A stretch of DNA of 64,000 nucleotides from the human T2T-CHM13v2.0 reference genome, Homo sapiens: NCBI RefSeq assembly GCF_009914755.1, contig NC_060937.1; one strand, 5' to 3'. Below are positions 14,283 through 27,060 of this stretch, in pieces. How positions within the stretch are numbered: the first letter of the stretch is position 1; every line of letters starts with the position of its first letter. Under the pieces are notes generated by a model that saw nothing but the letters and a program-made list of their open reading frames with translations, did not search any database and was not told where the DNA came from. Made by a program: the position numbers and the translations under genes.

Positions 14283-16567
14283 TGATATGGTCTGGCTGTG
14301 TCCCCACCCAAATCTCAACTTGAATAGTATCTCCCACAATTCCCATGTGTTGTGGGAGGGACCCAGGAGGACATAACTGAATCATGGGGGCAAGTCTTTC
14401 CCACGCTATTCTCATGATAGTGAATAAGTCTCATGAGATCTGATGGGTTTATCAGGGGTTTCCACTTTTGCTTCTTCTCTCATTCTCTCTTGCTTCCACC
14501 AGCAAGAGAATGCCTTTCACCCTCCGCCATGATTGTGAGACCTCCTCCAGCCATGTGGAAGTGTAAGTCCAATTAAACCTCTTTTTGTTCTCAATTTTGG
14601 GTACGTCTTTACCAGCAGTCTGAAAACAAATACAGTAAATTGGTACCAGTAGAGTGGGGTGTTGCTAAAAATATACCTGAAAATGTGGAAGGGACTTTGA
14701 AACTGGGTAACCCGCAGAGCATGAAACAGTTTGGAGGGCTCAAAAGAAGACAAGAAAATGGGGGAAAGTTTGGAAGCTCCTAGAGATTTGTTTAATAGCT
14801 TTGACAAAAATGTTGATAGTGATATGGACGAAAAGGTCTGGGCTGAGGTGGTCTCAGATAGAGATGAGGAATTTGTTGGGAACTGGAGCAAAGGTGACTC
14901 TTGTGTTTTAGCAAAGAGACTGGTGGCATTTTGCCCCTGCCCTAGAGATTTGTAGAACTTTGAACTTGAGAGAGACGATTTAGGATACCTGGCGGAAAAA
15001 ATTTCTAAGCAGAAAAGCATTCAACAGGTGACTTGGGTACTGTTAAAGGTATTCAATTTTAGAAGGGAAACAGAGCATAACAGTTCAGAAAGTTTGCAGC
15101 CTGATGATGCAATAAAAAAGAAAAAACAATTTTTTGAGGAGAAATTCAACCCAGCTTCAGAAATTTGAATAGGTAGCAAGAAGCCTAATGCTAATCCCCA
15201 AGACCTTGGGGAAAATATCTCCAGGCTAAGTCAAAGACCTTCACAGCAGCCCCTCCCATCGCAGGCCTGGAGGCCCAGGAGGAAAAAATGGTTTCATGGG
15301 CCAGGCCCAGGGTCCCCATGCTATGTGCAGCCGAGGGACTTGGTGCCCTGTGTCCCAGCCACTCCAGCCATGGCTGAATGGGGCCAACTTAGAGCTTGGG
15401 CTGTGGCTTCAGAGGATGGGAGCCCCAAGCCTTGGCAGCTTCCATGTGGTGTTGAGCCTGTGGGTGCACAGATGTCAAGAATTAAGGTTTGGGAACCTCT
15501 GCCTAGATTTCAGAAGATGTATGGAAACCCCTGGATGTCCAGACAAAAGTGTGCTTCAGGGGCGGAGCCCTCATGGAGATCCTCTGCTAGGGAAGTGCAG
15601 AAGGGAAATGTGGGGTCAAAGCCCCCACAAAGAGTCCCTACTGGGGTACTGCCTAGTGGAGCTGTGAGAAGAGGGCCATCGTCCTCCAGACCCCAGAGTG
15701 GTAGATCCACTGCCAGCTTGCACAATGCACCAGGAAAAGCCACAGACACTTAATGCAAGCCCATGAAAGCAGTCAGGAGGGAGGCTGTACCCTGCAAAGC
15801 CACAGAGGCTGAGCTGCCCAAGACCATGAGAACCCACCTTTTACATCAGCATGACCTGGATGTAAGACCTGGAGTCAAAGGAGATTATTTTGGAGCTTTA
15901 AAATTTGACTGCCCCGCTGGATTTCAGATTTGCATGGGCCCTGTAACCTCTTTGTTTTGGCCAATTTCTCCCAGTTGGAAAGGCTGTATTTACCCAATAC
16001 TTGTACCCCCATTTTATCTAGGAATTAACTAGCTTGCTTTTGATTTTACAGGTTCATAGGCCAGAAGGGACTTGACTTGTCTCAGATGAGACTTTGGACT
16101 GTGGACTTTTGGGTTAATGCTGACATGAGTTAAAATTTTGGGGGACTGTTAGGAAGGCATGATTAGTTTTGAAATGTGAGGACATGAGATTTGGAGGGGC
16201 CAGGGGTGGAATGATATGGTTTAGCTGTGCCCCCACCCAAATCTCAACATGAATTATATCTCCCAAAATTCCCATGTGTTGTGGGAGGGACCCATGGGGG
16301 CATAATTGAAACATAGGGGCTTGTCTTTCCCATTCTATTCTCATGATAGTGGATAAGTCTCACAAGATCTGATGGGTTTATCAGGGGTTTCCACTTTTGC
16401 TTCTTCTCTCATTCTCTCTTGCTGCCGCCATGTAAGAAGCACCTTTCACCCTCCACCATGATTGTGAGACTGTCCCCAACCATGTGGAACTGTAAGTCCA
16501 ATTAAACATCTTTTCGTGCCCAGTTTTAGGTATATCCTTATCAGCAGCATGAAAATGAACTAATACA
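14283..16567 (+). mobile_element. Complete THE1A MaLR provirus (5'LTR 14283-14634, internal 14635-16211, 3'LTR 16212-16567)
   Basis: Two similar LTRs tgatatgg..aataca with THE1A-type gggtttatcaggggtttcc; internal begins gtaaattggtacc; polypurine tract before 3'LTR; perfect 5-bp TSD atgca at 14278-14282 and 16568-16572. Confidence 0.93.
14683..16032 (+). pseudogene. THE1 internal ORF (1350 nt), frame preserved, 5 in-frame stops
   Basis: Manual translation from ATG 14683 to TAG 16030-16032 stays in one frame; stops at 14698, 14722, 14953, 15166, 15751. Confidence 0.8.
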
Positions 16568-16990
16568 ATGCAAAAAATAGAATATTATTCAGCAATTGAA
16601 AGTAATTAAGTGTTGACACATACTACAACATGGATGAACATTGGAAACATCATGCTAAGTGAAAGAAGCCAGTCACTAATGACCACATATTGTATGAGTC
16701 CATTTATATGAAATGTCCAGAACAGGCAAATCTATAGAGACAGAAAGTATATCAGTGGTTGTCTAGGGTTTAGGGGCAAGGGAGGAGTTGGATGGAAATA
16801 AGGAGTGACTGCTAATGAGTACAAGATGATGAAAATGGCCCCAAAATAGATAGTAATGATAGCTGCACAACTGTGAATATACTAAAAACCATTAAAATGT
16901 ACACTTTAAATGGTGAATTGTATGGTGTGTGAATTACATCTCACAGATGTAATTAGAGCTCAGTTGAGCTGTTAAAAAATTTAAAATAAA
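16568..16990 (+). mobile_element. L1MB-type LINE 3'UTR (final fragment of the nest host)
   Basis: acaacatggatgaac..catgctaagtgaaagaagccagtcac..aaatgtccagaacaggcaaatctatagagacagaaag..tgtacactttaaatgg. Confidence 0.8.
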
Positions 16991-17959
16991 AGATGAATGT
17001 AATGGTATAAGACCAAAAGGCAATATATATTAATATGTATTGTAGTCAGTTTATAAGACACTGAGCACCTGGTGTGTGCAAACCACCATCAGTAAAATTA
17101 TGAAAAAATTCACAGTGCATGTTAAAAATAATTCATTCCATGATACTATATGAGTAGTTCAATGCATGCTATAGACGCCTAATAAACGAAGAAAAGGTTA
17201 CTAACATTTCTTTTCTGCACAGGCACTTCTTCAGTTTTTTAAGTGAAGGAGAGAAATCACATTGCATAAAATTAAAATGCTAATTGCTCAGCCCTTAGCT
17301 GTATTTTGTAAAGAAAGTAAATAAACACAAGACTGTGATCAGAATCTATGGAAATCCTCAGAGAATATCAGAAGCAAATGAGCTGCTGGAGGATGTTTCC
17401 ATACAGAATTAAACACTACCCTTTCAAGACTAACAATTGATTTATTTATAATTGCAGAATCTTAGTTGAAAAGGCTAAAAATTACTTCAAATTTAAGAAT
17501 TTTCTAAAATTTTAGCTTTTACCTACTATCTCACAGTGAAAAAATTATTAGTTGAGAGACTTCACCTTGAAAGATGAGAAAATGAGGCGATTCATTCTCA
17601 TTCTAATAATGAAGTAAAAACATCCCCTATTCAATGAGCATCTGAAATAGCCAATCCCCAAAGAAACTAAAAATTATGTTCAGTGACAACACATTATTTA
17701 ACTCACCAGGGCATTTTGAGATAACACAGTGTAACTGAGATCTGTGCAAGGAAATTTGTCAGGCGAAAGCATTTCTTCCTTAAGAAACACCTTTGGCAAC
17801 CGAGATGGCAAAAAATGCATGTAAAATTCTGAGCATGTTTAGAGAATGACCCTGACTGATTCTGTAACTCTGTACAGATTAGTTTCCTTCCAGATCTTTA
17901 GTGGGGGCATTTCCAAAGGCTTCAAGCCAGATAGATGGCTTGATGGGAGAAGGTAGAAG

Positions 17960-18136
17960 TTTTAAATTTTTATATATTTCATATGTATTTATATATAAAA
18001 TATATAATTTATATATTTATAAATATTTTTCTATTTTTATCTATATATTTTTAATTTACTTATAATTTTTACATATTTATATTTACAACTTATATATGTG
18101 TGGGTGAGTGGGTGTGTATGTATGTGTATATATATT

Positions 18137-18168
<32 letters not shown>

Positions 18169-18170
18169 CA
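17960..18170. repeat. AT-rich low-complexity tract followed by (TG)n microsatellite
   Basis: Nearly pure A/T 17960-18095; (tg)~13 at 18138-18163. Confidence 0.9.
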
Positions 18171-19084
18171 TATGTCTCCAACACATCCTAGGTAAATTTT
18201 GAGTGGGGAAAAAGTCATAACATAAAGCTGGCTGTGCTTTTTGACCCACTAAGTCAGCACTTACTTTTCCCCTGAAAGTTTCTCAAACACCCTCATGTTG
18301 GCTTTTCATTTCACACATCCTCTATGGGAGACAGGAAGGAAAAGACTCAGCATCCCCTTTGTCACCATGTGCTCGTGGGTTATCTGAGATGCAAAATAAA
18401 TGGGAGGGGGCTGCCATATTGTCTCTCTATAATTTCATATTTGCAATTTTACCTAAGCAGTAACTTTGCTAAAAAACTTTTTAAAGTACTCCATTTCTAG
18501 GTGAGAACTGCCCTCACCCCTGTATCAACTGCTATAAACACCTATACTACTCAGTCATTTGATGTCTTTAATTAGCACCCCTCTGAGATTCACAAGACTG
18601 AGGTGCTCATACACATACAATACATAGAAAAGATCTAACTGGACTGTAAAGTAGGCAATAATTGGTTTCTGTCTCCCATGGGAGTGCAGCCCCCAGTGTC
18701 CTTCATGAGTAAGTGTGAACAGCACCCTACTTTGAGGGTCTCCGAAGCCTATTTTACTCTGTGCCCAGCACCTTCCCTGCACTGGCTACAATTTAGTCTA
18801 CATGTCCCATGATGACTCCCTGCTGCATGTACATTTCCAGGGTTTTCCTTGCTGTTTCTGACAAGTGATCACAGCAGCAAAGAGTATTAAATTTAAAATT
18901 ATTAGGGATTCTTTTTCCTACCACCTTGAAACTACTTAACCTGAACATTTCTTAGGATAAGCTCAGAGTAAAACTCACCATTCCCTAATTCTGCAAAGAG
19001 AGACTCTGTTCTGAACAAGTTTTGTAAGGAAGGAAAAAAGAAAAAGAAATAAATTATTATTAAGCCTGTAAATGCCCAGCACTT

Positions 19085-19240
19085 TAAAAACAGGCATAGA
19101 AAAAAGTAAGGGTGTATGCCAAAATGATAGAAGTGATTATCTCTATGCAGCAGGATAAGAGGACTTTTTTATTTTCTTCTATGACTGAGCAGTATTTTCT
19201 AAATTTTCTATGAAAAAATGTATTTTGAAGTAAAATTTTT
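19085..19240 (+). mobile_element. L1ME 3' end fragment
   Basis: ccaaaatgatagaagtgattatctct..ttttattttctt..tattttctaaattttctatg. Confidence 0.45.
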
Positions 19241-20394
19241 AAATGGAAGGGAGGGGAAGATTCCAGATAATAAAAGGAATTCTCACTTGCTCTCCCTAAA
19301 AATAATCACACTAGCTTTTTATTGTCTTTTTACCAGCTTTTCTCCTAACTGATGTGGATGGGAAACAGACGACGTTAACTAAAACTATTACAAATTTATT
19401 TGCTGTTTTTAATCCTGGTTTTACTTTGTTGGATGATTCTTTAGACACCTAAAGCCTTCCTGCTCTTCTCTTCAATTCCTGTAGGGGGAGTCACCCAGGC
19501 TACTCCCTCCCTGTGTTCTTGGTCCTCCCCTGAACCAGGAAAGGGTTCCCCTTACAAGAAGTATCAGGAACTCAACACTGCATTTGCAGTCTCCTCAAGC
19601 CCCTGGAAAAGGCCCCCACCCCATCCAGTGAGGGGTTTATATCTCAAATGCCAGAGAAGCTCTAAAGGGGAATCTCCCTATACACACAATTTCAGCCTCC
19701 TCAAAGTTCACAGGAATGATGGTCACTTCAAGCCACTGTCCCACTCATGTGAAAGAATTGGATATCCAGGGGTCTTCTCATGTGGGCTTGCTCTTGTATT
19801 CCCAAAGAAAGAGAATTTAGCACCTGTTCCAACAAAACTTTAAACAAGCCAGTGTTAATCTACAGGGAAAAGACCAGGAGGAAAGAAGAATGAAATGAAC
19901 ATTATTTAGAAACCTTCTATTAAGACTACAGAAAGCAATTTTATCTGAAAACAGGAACCTCCCTGGGTTGGGGGCAGACTCCTGGGTACCACCATACCTA
20001 ATATTTCAAATGGAGTCCCCTACAGCTTAAGTAGGACACAGACTAATTAAAACTCTGAAAAGAAAAAACAACCAAACTATGCCAAGATTAAACAATATCT
20101 ATAAGGAGAAACTTGGGAGGTACTAATCTCTCTAATAGGAAAACGGAATAAATCCTTGGCAAGGTAATACTTTCAGTGAAGAAAGTAAATTATTCAAAAA
20201 AAACCTAAGGAAATTTTAGGATTCTAGCTGGAGAAAAAAGAAGACCTTAGTTCTAGAGAAAGCCGGGTTGAGGCCACTACTTACTGAAGTTCTTTGTAGC
20301 AAGCAGAGACAACATAGCCTACGTCCTCATCCCAGAAGATATCAGGTGCCCTCAAAGTAGGGTCTTCTCCAGAGAAAGAAGTTTTGAAGAATTA

Positions 20395-20711
20395 CAGGTC
20401 TAAAGACCCTAATCCCAACCCCTTGGCACCCGGTATGTTTTAGAATTCTGAATTGTGGGGATTTTAGGAAAGAAATCTGGTGCATAATCAACAATATTAT
20501 ATAACTTCTGCAGTGGGATCTGGGGCAACACCCCGTTAATCTTTCTTAAGCAAAACATATGAAGATCCACACTAAGTGGGACAAATAAAGGATATACATA
20601 AATAGACTCACATCAGTTCAAGTTTTGCTGCCAGAAAAGTTGTGGAAAAAAGAATTCAATTTTATGAGGTTTTTTGGATTTCAGAAACGTGACTCAGGGA
20701 TTATGGACCTG
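20395..20711 (+). mobile_element. MER46C (Tigger-derived MITE)
   Basis: caggtc..ggacctg termini with TA duplications; internal tctggggcaacaccccgt and cacactaagtggga. Confidence 0.8.
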
Positions 20712-21229
20712 TACATTTTTTAAATGTCTGTCTTTCCCAGCAGAGACTGAGATCAACGCTTTATTTATCTTCCCCAGTTTCTAGATTATGACTGGTGTTC
20801 AGTAAACATGTTGGATTTAATTGATTAATTCTCGGGCTGTGAGCCTCTCTCCCATTTGCTAGTGGCTGTTCCCTAACGAGCCACTGGACACCCATGGAGG
20901 GCCAAATTGCAAGAACAGGGTACTCAGCTCAAATGTACTCTTCTTTGAATTGAAGTAATTAAAGACAAGTAAATGTTATGCCTAATTTTAATCCATTATT
21001 TTCCAATTCCAAGTACTTCCATTGTTTAAGCCACCCAAAGATTATAAAGACCAATAATTAGATATTTGCAATATTGTCTTGTTTGAGGATTTGGTGACAA
21101 TGTTCTGGAAAACACTGCAACAATGACAAGAATGTCCCATCTGGTTCCCATAATTATTCATTCTTGTCTCTTTGAATGTACTGGCCTGGAGACAAAGGTA
21201 ATACTAAAGGCATAATAAGAATAGCAGTT

Positions 21230-21410
21230 CCGTCACACACCCACGGCAGACGCAATTCAGTCCCCATTTCTCCTCTCGGCCAGGTTTCCATGCAGGGCCC
21301 CGTGCAAGTGGCCACGTGCACGTTTCCCACTCACCGCTGCCAACCAGACGTCTTCCTTATAGACCCGCCTCCTCTTTGTCTTCCTGCCAGTCACTGCTGC
21401 TCTGGCTGGA
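21230..21410. promoter_or_regulatory. Candidate CpG-retaining regulatory element or minus-strand exon
   Basis: 10 CpG in ~140 bp of unique DNA; CACGTG at 21313-21318 with adjacent ACGTG; minus-strand GCG|GTGAGT donor at 21335/21334. Confidence 0.4.
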
Positions 21411-21911
21411 AATAGATGTGTCAAGTTGTTCTCTAGATTTCAGGTCCTTTAGCATATGGGACAAGGTCATCCTTCTTTCTCAGTCATACAGGCAGTATAA
21501 TTAGTCTTATCTTTCACTCCATGAGAATTAGAATGCAACTTTAAACTTTAAAGCAAGGAGAACAACATGGGTTTACTGTTAAATGCCCCAAAGCAACATG
21601 GACATCAGAAAAGACAGCCACAAATAGAGCATCAGCATTTAAACACCCAGACCAACTAGATATGTCTATCTGCTATCACGTAAGACCGGTCCTTTCACAT
21701 ACAGAGTTGCTTGATCTAGAAAATGCCATATGAAGACATTTAAATCTAGAGAACAAACACATTTACTCTCTAATGACAATATTGCAAATTTTTAAAAGTC
21801 ACCCCAAGATTGCTTTACTTAGTAAAATGCCTCACATGTATTTTTTGCTTTTTTTTAAGTTATTTATAGAATAGGTGATACATGTACAGAGTTTTTAAAT
21901 GGAAGCAATTA

Positions 21912-22217
21912 GGCCAGGCAAGGTGGCTCACAAGTGTAATCCCAGAGCTTTGGGAGGCTGAGGTGGGAGAATTGCTTGAGGCCAGGAGTTTTGAGACCAA
22001 CCCAGGCAAAATAACCAAACCCCACCTCAAAAAAAAAAAAAAGAATGTAGGTGTGGTGGTGGTAGTGGTGCCTATAGTCCCAGCTACTCTGGACGCTGAG
22101 GTGAGAGGATTGCTTGAGCCCAGGAATTTGAGGCTGCAGTGAGCTATGATTGCACCTCTACACTCCAGCCTGTGTGACAAAGCAAGACCCTGTCTCTATA
22201 CATAAATAATAAAAACA
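21912..22217 (+). mobile_element. AluJ
   Basis: ttgagcccaggaatttgaggctgcagtgagctatgat (J-type); TSD aaat(g/a)gaagcaatta at 21897-21911 and 22218-22232. Confidence 0.92.
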
Positions 22218-23440
22218 AAATAGAAGCAATTAAATATTGCTTAAGTTAAATGCAGTGGAAATTAAGTCTCAGCTCCCACTCCTGTCCCAAAGGCCCCAGT
22301 TCCTCTTTCCAGAGGCAACTACTATGACCAGATTGTAGATTCTTCCCAAAGTATTCTCTACATATACAAGTGTATATCACCTTTTCAATATAAACTCTAT
22401 CACACCACACACACTGTTATATATTTTGTTCCTCTAAGTGCATTGAAATGGTTAATTAGGAAAGATTCTCTTCACCCCAGAGTCAGACAGGACTCCAGGC
22501 TTTTCCCATCCCTTCTCAACAGTTAGTCCCACTCTGGTTAACTGGATGGGGAGGGAAAACTGGGAGGGGCAGGCATCTAGAACATCACCACCTTCTACAA
22601 CAGGTCCGGCAGCAGGGAAACAAAGGTACTGCACGTTCCATCCAGATGATTCAGCAAAAAGTACCCAAAAGACAAAAGGCTGCAGACAGTCTACATCTGG
22701 AGGACAGAGCGACAGACTTCGGTTCCAGGATCAGGGGAAGGAGCAACCTGGCTGTCCAGGTGCACAGGCAGAAAGCTGGCATTTGGCAGCCTTCCAGCAG
22801 GCTGTGGGGCTCACAAGTCAAAGTGGGTCCTGGGGAGGCGCCTGACAAGAAGACAGAGGCCCAGTGTTAAGGATGTGAACTCGGGCACAGGGAGGACACA
22901 GAAGCCAATGCCCAAGCAAGCACACAAGGGATGTAGAACCTCAAACAGATTATTAGGACTGTGACATGAGGTTAGAAGGGGGCTAATGCCAAATCCCTCA
23001 GTATGTAGCTAGATCTCCTAGAATCAGACCCCAAAAGCTGAGAGAACAGCTGGCGCATGTGTTGAGTGGCTTCTGGAGAGGCAAAAGGAGGCAGGAACCA
23101 GGCAGCACCAGGCCACAGCAATCCAGGCTCCATCATCCATCCTCACACCATTGTCACTATCCCCTAACTAGCTCCTCATCCACAAAATGAGGTTTAACCA
23201 CCTTATCTATAAGGTCCCTTCCAACTCTAATTATCTGTCCTCCCCTCCTGAAATAATTTATCTTTCCAGTTTTCCCAACTGTCAGCTGGCAACTTAATAA
23301 CCTTTATGTATGAGCCTTCCTCTGCAACAGACACACACATTCAGAACTCTTCATGGGCTCACAATGCCTACAGCTGAAGCCCTCAGTGCAGCATTCAGGG
23401 TATTCAAGTTCAATGCTTCCTAACTAACCCCAATAGGCGG

Positions 23441-23668
23441 TGCTATGGGTTGAATTATGACTCCCAAAAAGACAAAGCAAAGTCCTAATCCCCAAAAACT
23501 ATAATTGTGACCCCTTAATTGGAAATAGGGGCTTTGTGGATACAATTCAGATGTAAGTTAAGATAAGGTCATACTAGAGTAGAGTGGGCCCTTCATCCAA
23601 CATGACTGGTGGGAGTCCTTATAAGGAGAAGACACTGAGATACACATACACAGACAGAAGACAATGTA
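23441..23668 (+). mobile_element. MLT1B/C LTR 5' part
   Basis: tgctatgggttgaatt..ggaaataggggctttg..aagttaagataaggtcatact..gtccttataagga. Confidence 0.7.
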
Positions 23669-23669
23669 T

Positions 23670-24120
23670 GGAATGAACCCTCCATAAAAATCCCTAAGTC
23701 ATACAGTTCTGAGAGCCTCTGGGTTGGTAAACACACTGAGATTCTGGAAAATGGTGCATCCCAACTCCACAAGAGCAGAAGCTTCTGTGCTTGGGACCCT
23801 TCTGGACCACACTTTATATACTTCTTCATCAGGCAATTCATCTGTATCCTTTACAACTCAACCATTAAATGTAAGTAAAGTACCTTCCTAAGTTGTGAGC
23901 CATTTAAGCAGATTACCAAACCTGAGGGTTGTGAGAATCCCGAATTTATAGCCTGTCAGTCAGAAATACAGTTGGCCTGGGACTTGCAGTTGGCATCTGA
24001 AATGGGACAGTCTTGTGGGATTGAGCCCTGTCAAAGAGTTAGAAAAGTGGTGTTGGAAAAGATATTATGTATTTGGTATCAGGAGGTGAAAATCCCCTGA
24101 TTTGGTGTCAGAAGTGATGT
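23670..24120 (+). mobile_element. MER21-family ERVL LTR fragment
   Basis: ccataaaaatccct..gagcctctgggttggtaaacacactgag..gaatttatagcc..gggacttgcagttggcatctgaa..tggtgtcagaagtg. Confidence 0.7.
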
Positions 24121-24729
24121 GATTAAAAAAAAACCCACTCAATATTTAAAAAGAAATTGATGATTCAATAGTATTAAAGGATTACTACTTTCAAGAAAAA
24201 TATAAGGAAAATGATAAGAAAATTTATCAAAAAAATGATAAGAAAAATACTCTGTGACTCTTCATTAGGTATTCCAAGTTTATGTTCGATATCTCTAATA
24301 CAATGAAAGAAACCCTATTGAAAAGATATTTTATTCTTTACTGTATTTCAAAAAGAAAATTGATCGTTTAAATGTAGAATTCAAGGTAAGATAATTACTA
24401 GAAAGTTTACTACAAAAAATAGTGAATTGAATGCTAATGTGTAAGGTGACTCATGGAACCAAATGTAAATTACCAGAAATATGTTTCTTTGGAGCCAAAA
24501 TGGTATCTCATTTTGGAATAATATGCATTTTAAAAATCTAAAATAATGATTAAAGGAACTCTAATAGGCAATTGATTTAGAAAGTCTGATAACATCCTGC
24601 CAACTTATAGATGTTATTGGACTAGGAGAGGTGAGTGGACATTTATCAGCAGACTAGTACTAATGACCATCTGATTTACCTAGATCCTAATTTCCTTCTC
24701 ACTAAATTATTTTAGGAGTAGTGCAGCTC

Positions 24730-24900
24730 CTAGAATCAAATATCTTAGATTAGAAAAGACCTTGAAAGTTGTATCATCCAATCTCTTGCCCAGTGTAGAA
24801 TTCCTGCCACTTCCTCCCTGACATGCCCATCAAATCTTTGCCTAAATATAGCTGACAACAGTCTCTGCTTTGAAAATCATCTACTCCATTGCTGGGTTAG
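24730..24900. mobile_element. L3/CR1-like ancient LINE fragment
   Basis: tagaatc..ttagattagaaaagaccttgaaag..tccaatctc..ctttgcctaaata. Confidence 0.35.
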
Positions 24901-25443
24901 GAAAATAGGGACCCTAGTACCTGTTTCAAAGGGGGCATCCCAAAGGAGAAAGCCCAAAAAGAGGCCTCTCAACATTATCACCTGGCCCTCAGCTTTCAAA
25001 CCTCAATAGGAAGATTGCACATCAGAAAAAAGATGAGTGGTGATTCTTTACCAGAACTGGTTTCACTAACCAGGTCAGTCAGCCCTCTCATTTCAGTAAC
25101 CGCCCCCTCAAGTCCTAGGAACCACCTGACAGTACACCTTGGCATTTCCTTCCACATGAGGTTACCTCCAAGCATCACCAGTAAGATCAGAAGACCCCGA
25201 AAACACCATGAGTTTGGCCTTTGCTCTCATTACCAGCACATTCTTATACAAAGGCTTTGGGAATGGAAGAGCTGGATTGGGGGTCCTGAGGTTAACCTGA
25301 ATGGATTTCAGGATGACAGCTCTTAGGTCATTCCACAGGCATACAGATATTTGACCAGGGAAGTAGTCTGCATCTTTTCACGTTAAAATGAGGCCTTAAG
25401 TAGGATAGGTTATAAAGAAAAAGGTTAAAAGGCCTTATATTAG

Positions 25444-26326
<883 letters not shown>

Positions 26327-26444
26327 ACCCCAAGAATCTTTATTTTTTAAAGTACCTCAGTGATGTTGATGTTTAACCAGGTTTCAGAATATTGTTATAA
26401 GGTACAGCAGAGGAGGCAAAATAAGGGGGAGATTATTTTAATGT

Positions 26445-26613
26445 TGTGGTTTGCAAACCTTGACTGCACCTTAGAATCACCTGAGGAGTTTTCAGCACTC
26501 CCATGACAGGGGGCACTCCAGACCGATTGAATCAGAATATCTGCGGGCGGATCAGGTTTCTTTTTTTAACACTTTAGGTGATTCCAAAGTGCAGCCAAGG
26601 CTGTGAATCACTG
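26445..26613. mobile_element. MER5-type hAT MITE
   Basis: aaaccttgactgcaccttagaatcacctga..aggtgattccaaagtgcagccaagg..tcactg. Confidence 0.7.
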
Positions 26614-26641
26614 TTTTACCTGCACAATGAGGAATTGGAGT

Positions 26642-26750
26642 CAATCTTAATGGGAAAAAGGCAATATTTGGAGCAAGTTTTGAAAACCAATGTTTTGAAA
26701 ACCAATCTTAATGGGAAAAAGGCAATATTTGGAGCAAGTTTGAAAACCAA
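26642..26750 (+). repeat. Tandem duplication of ~49 bp with a templated junction
   Basis: caatcttaatgggaaaaaggcaatatttggagcaagttt(t)gaaaaccaa occurs twice, separated by tgttttgaaaac. Confidence 0.9.
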
Positions 26751-26759
26751 GATGTTTTC

Positions 26760-27060
26760 TAGGTGAGAAGAAGGAGTGGCAAGAGATAAGGCAGGAACAT
26801 TTGCAGTGATTTAATGAAGCTGGTGGATTCAAAGAAAGAAATGGATTCAAGAAATACTTAGGAGGTAACACTGATTAAGACTTTGTGCCAAATGTGAGGC
26901 TAACCAAGAAGGAGGAACCTCAGATAACTCCCAGATCTTGGGTTGAGACACCTCGAGAGCACAGGAGCCACTAACTGAAAAAAGAATCAAGAGGAGAAGC
27001 TGGTTGGGGGACAGGGAAGGTGGAGAAGATGATCAGCTCAGGTCTAGATACGTCAAGTTG
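26760..27060 (-). mobile_element. L2 fragment
   Basis: atggattcaagaaatacttaggaggtaa..agataactcccagat..gatgatcagctcagg. Confidence 0.5.

Noticed and set aside
22460-23150. GC-richer stretch with overlapping 60-99 aa ORFs
   Set aside because: No recognisable protein similarity or splice framework; probably a highly decayed LTR that I cannot assign.
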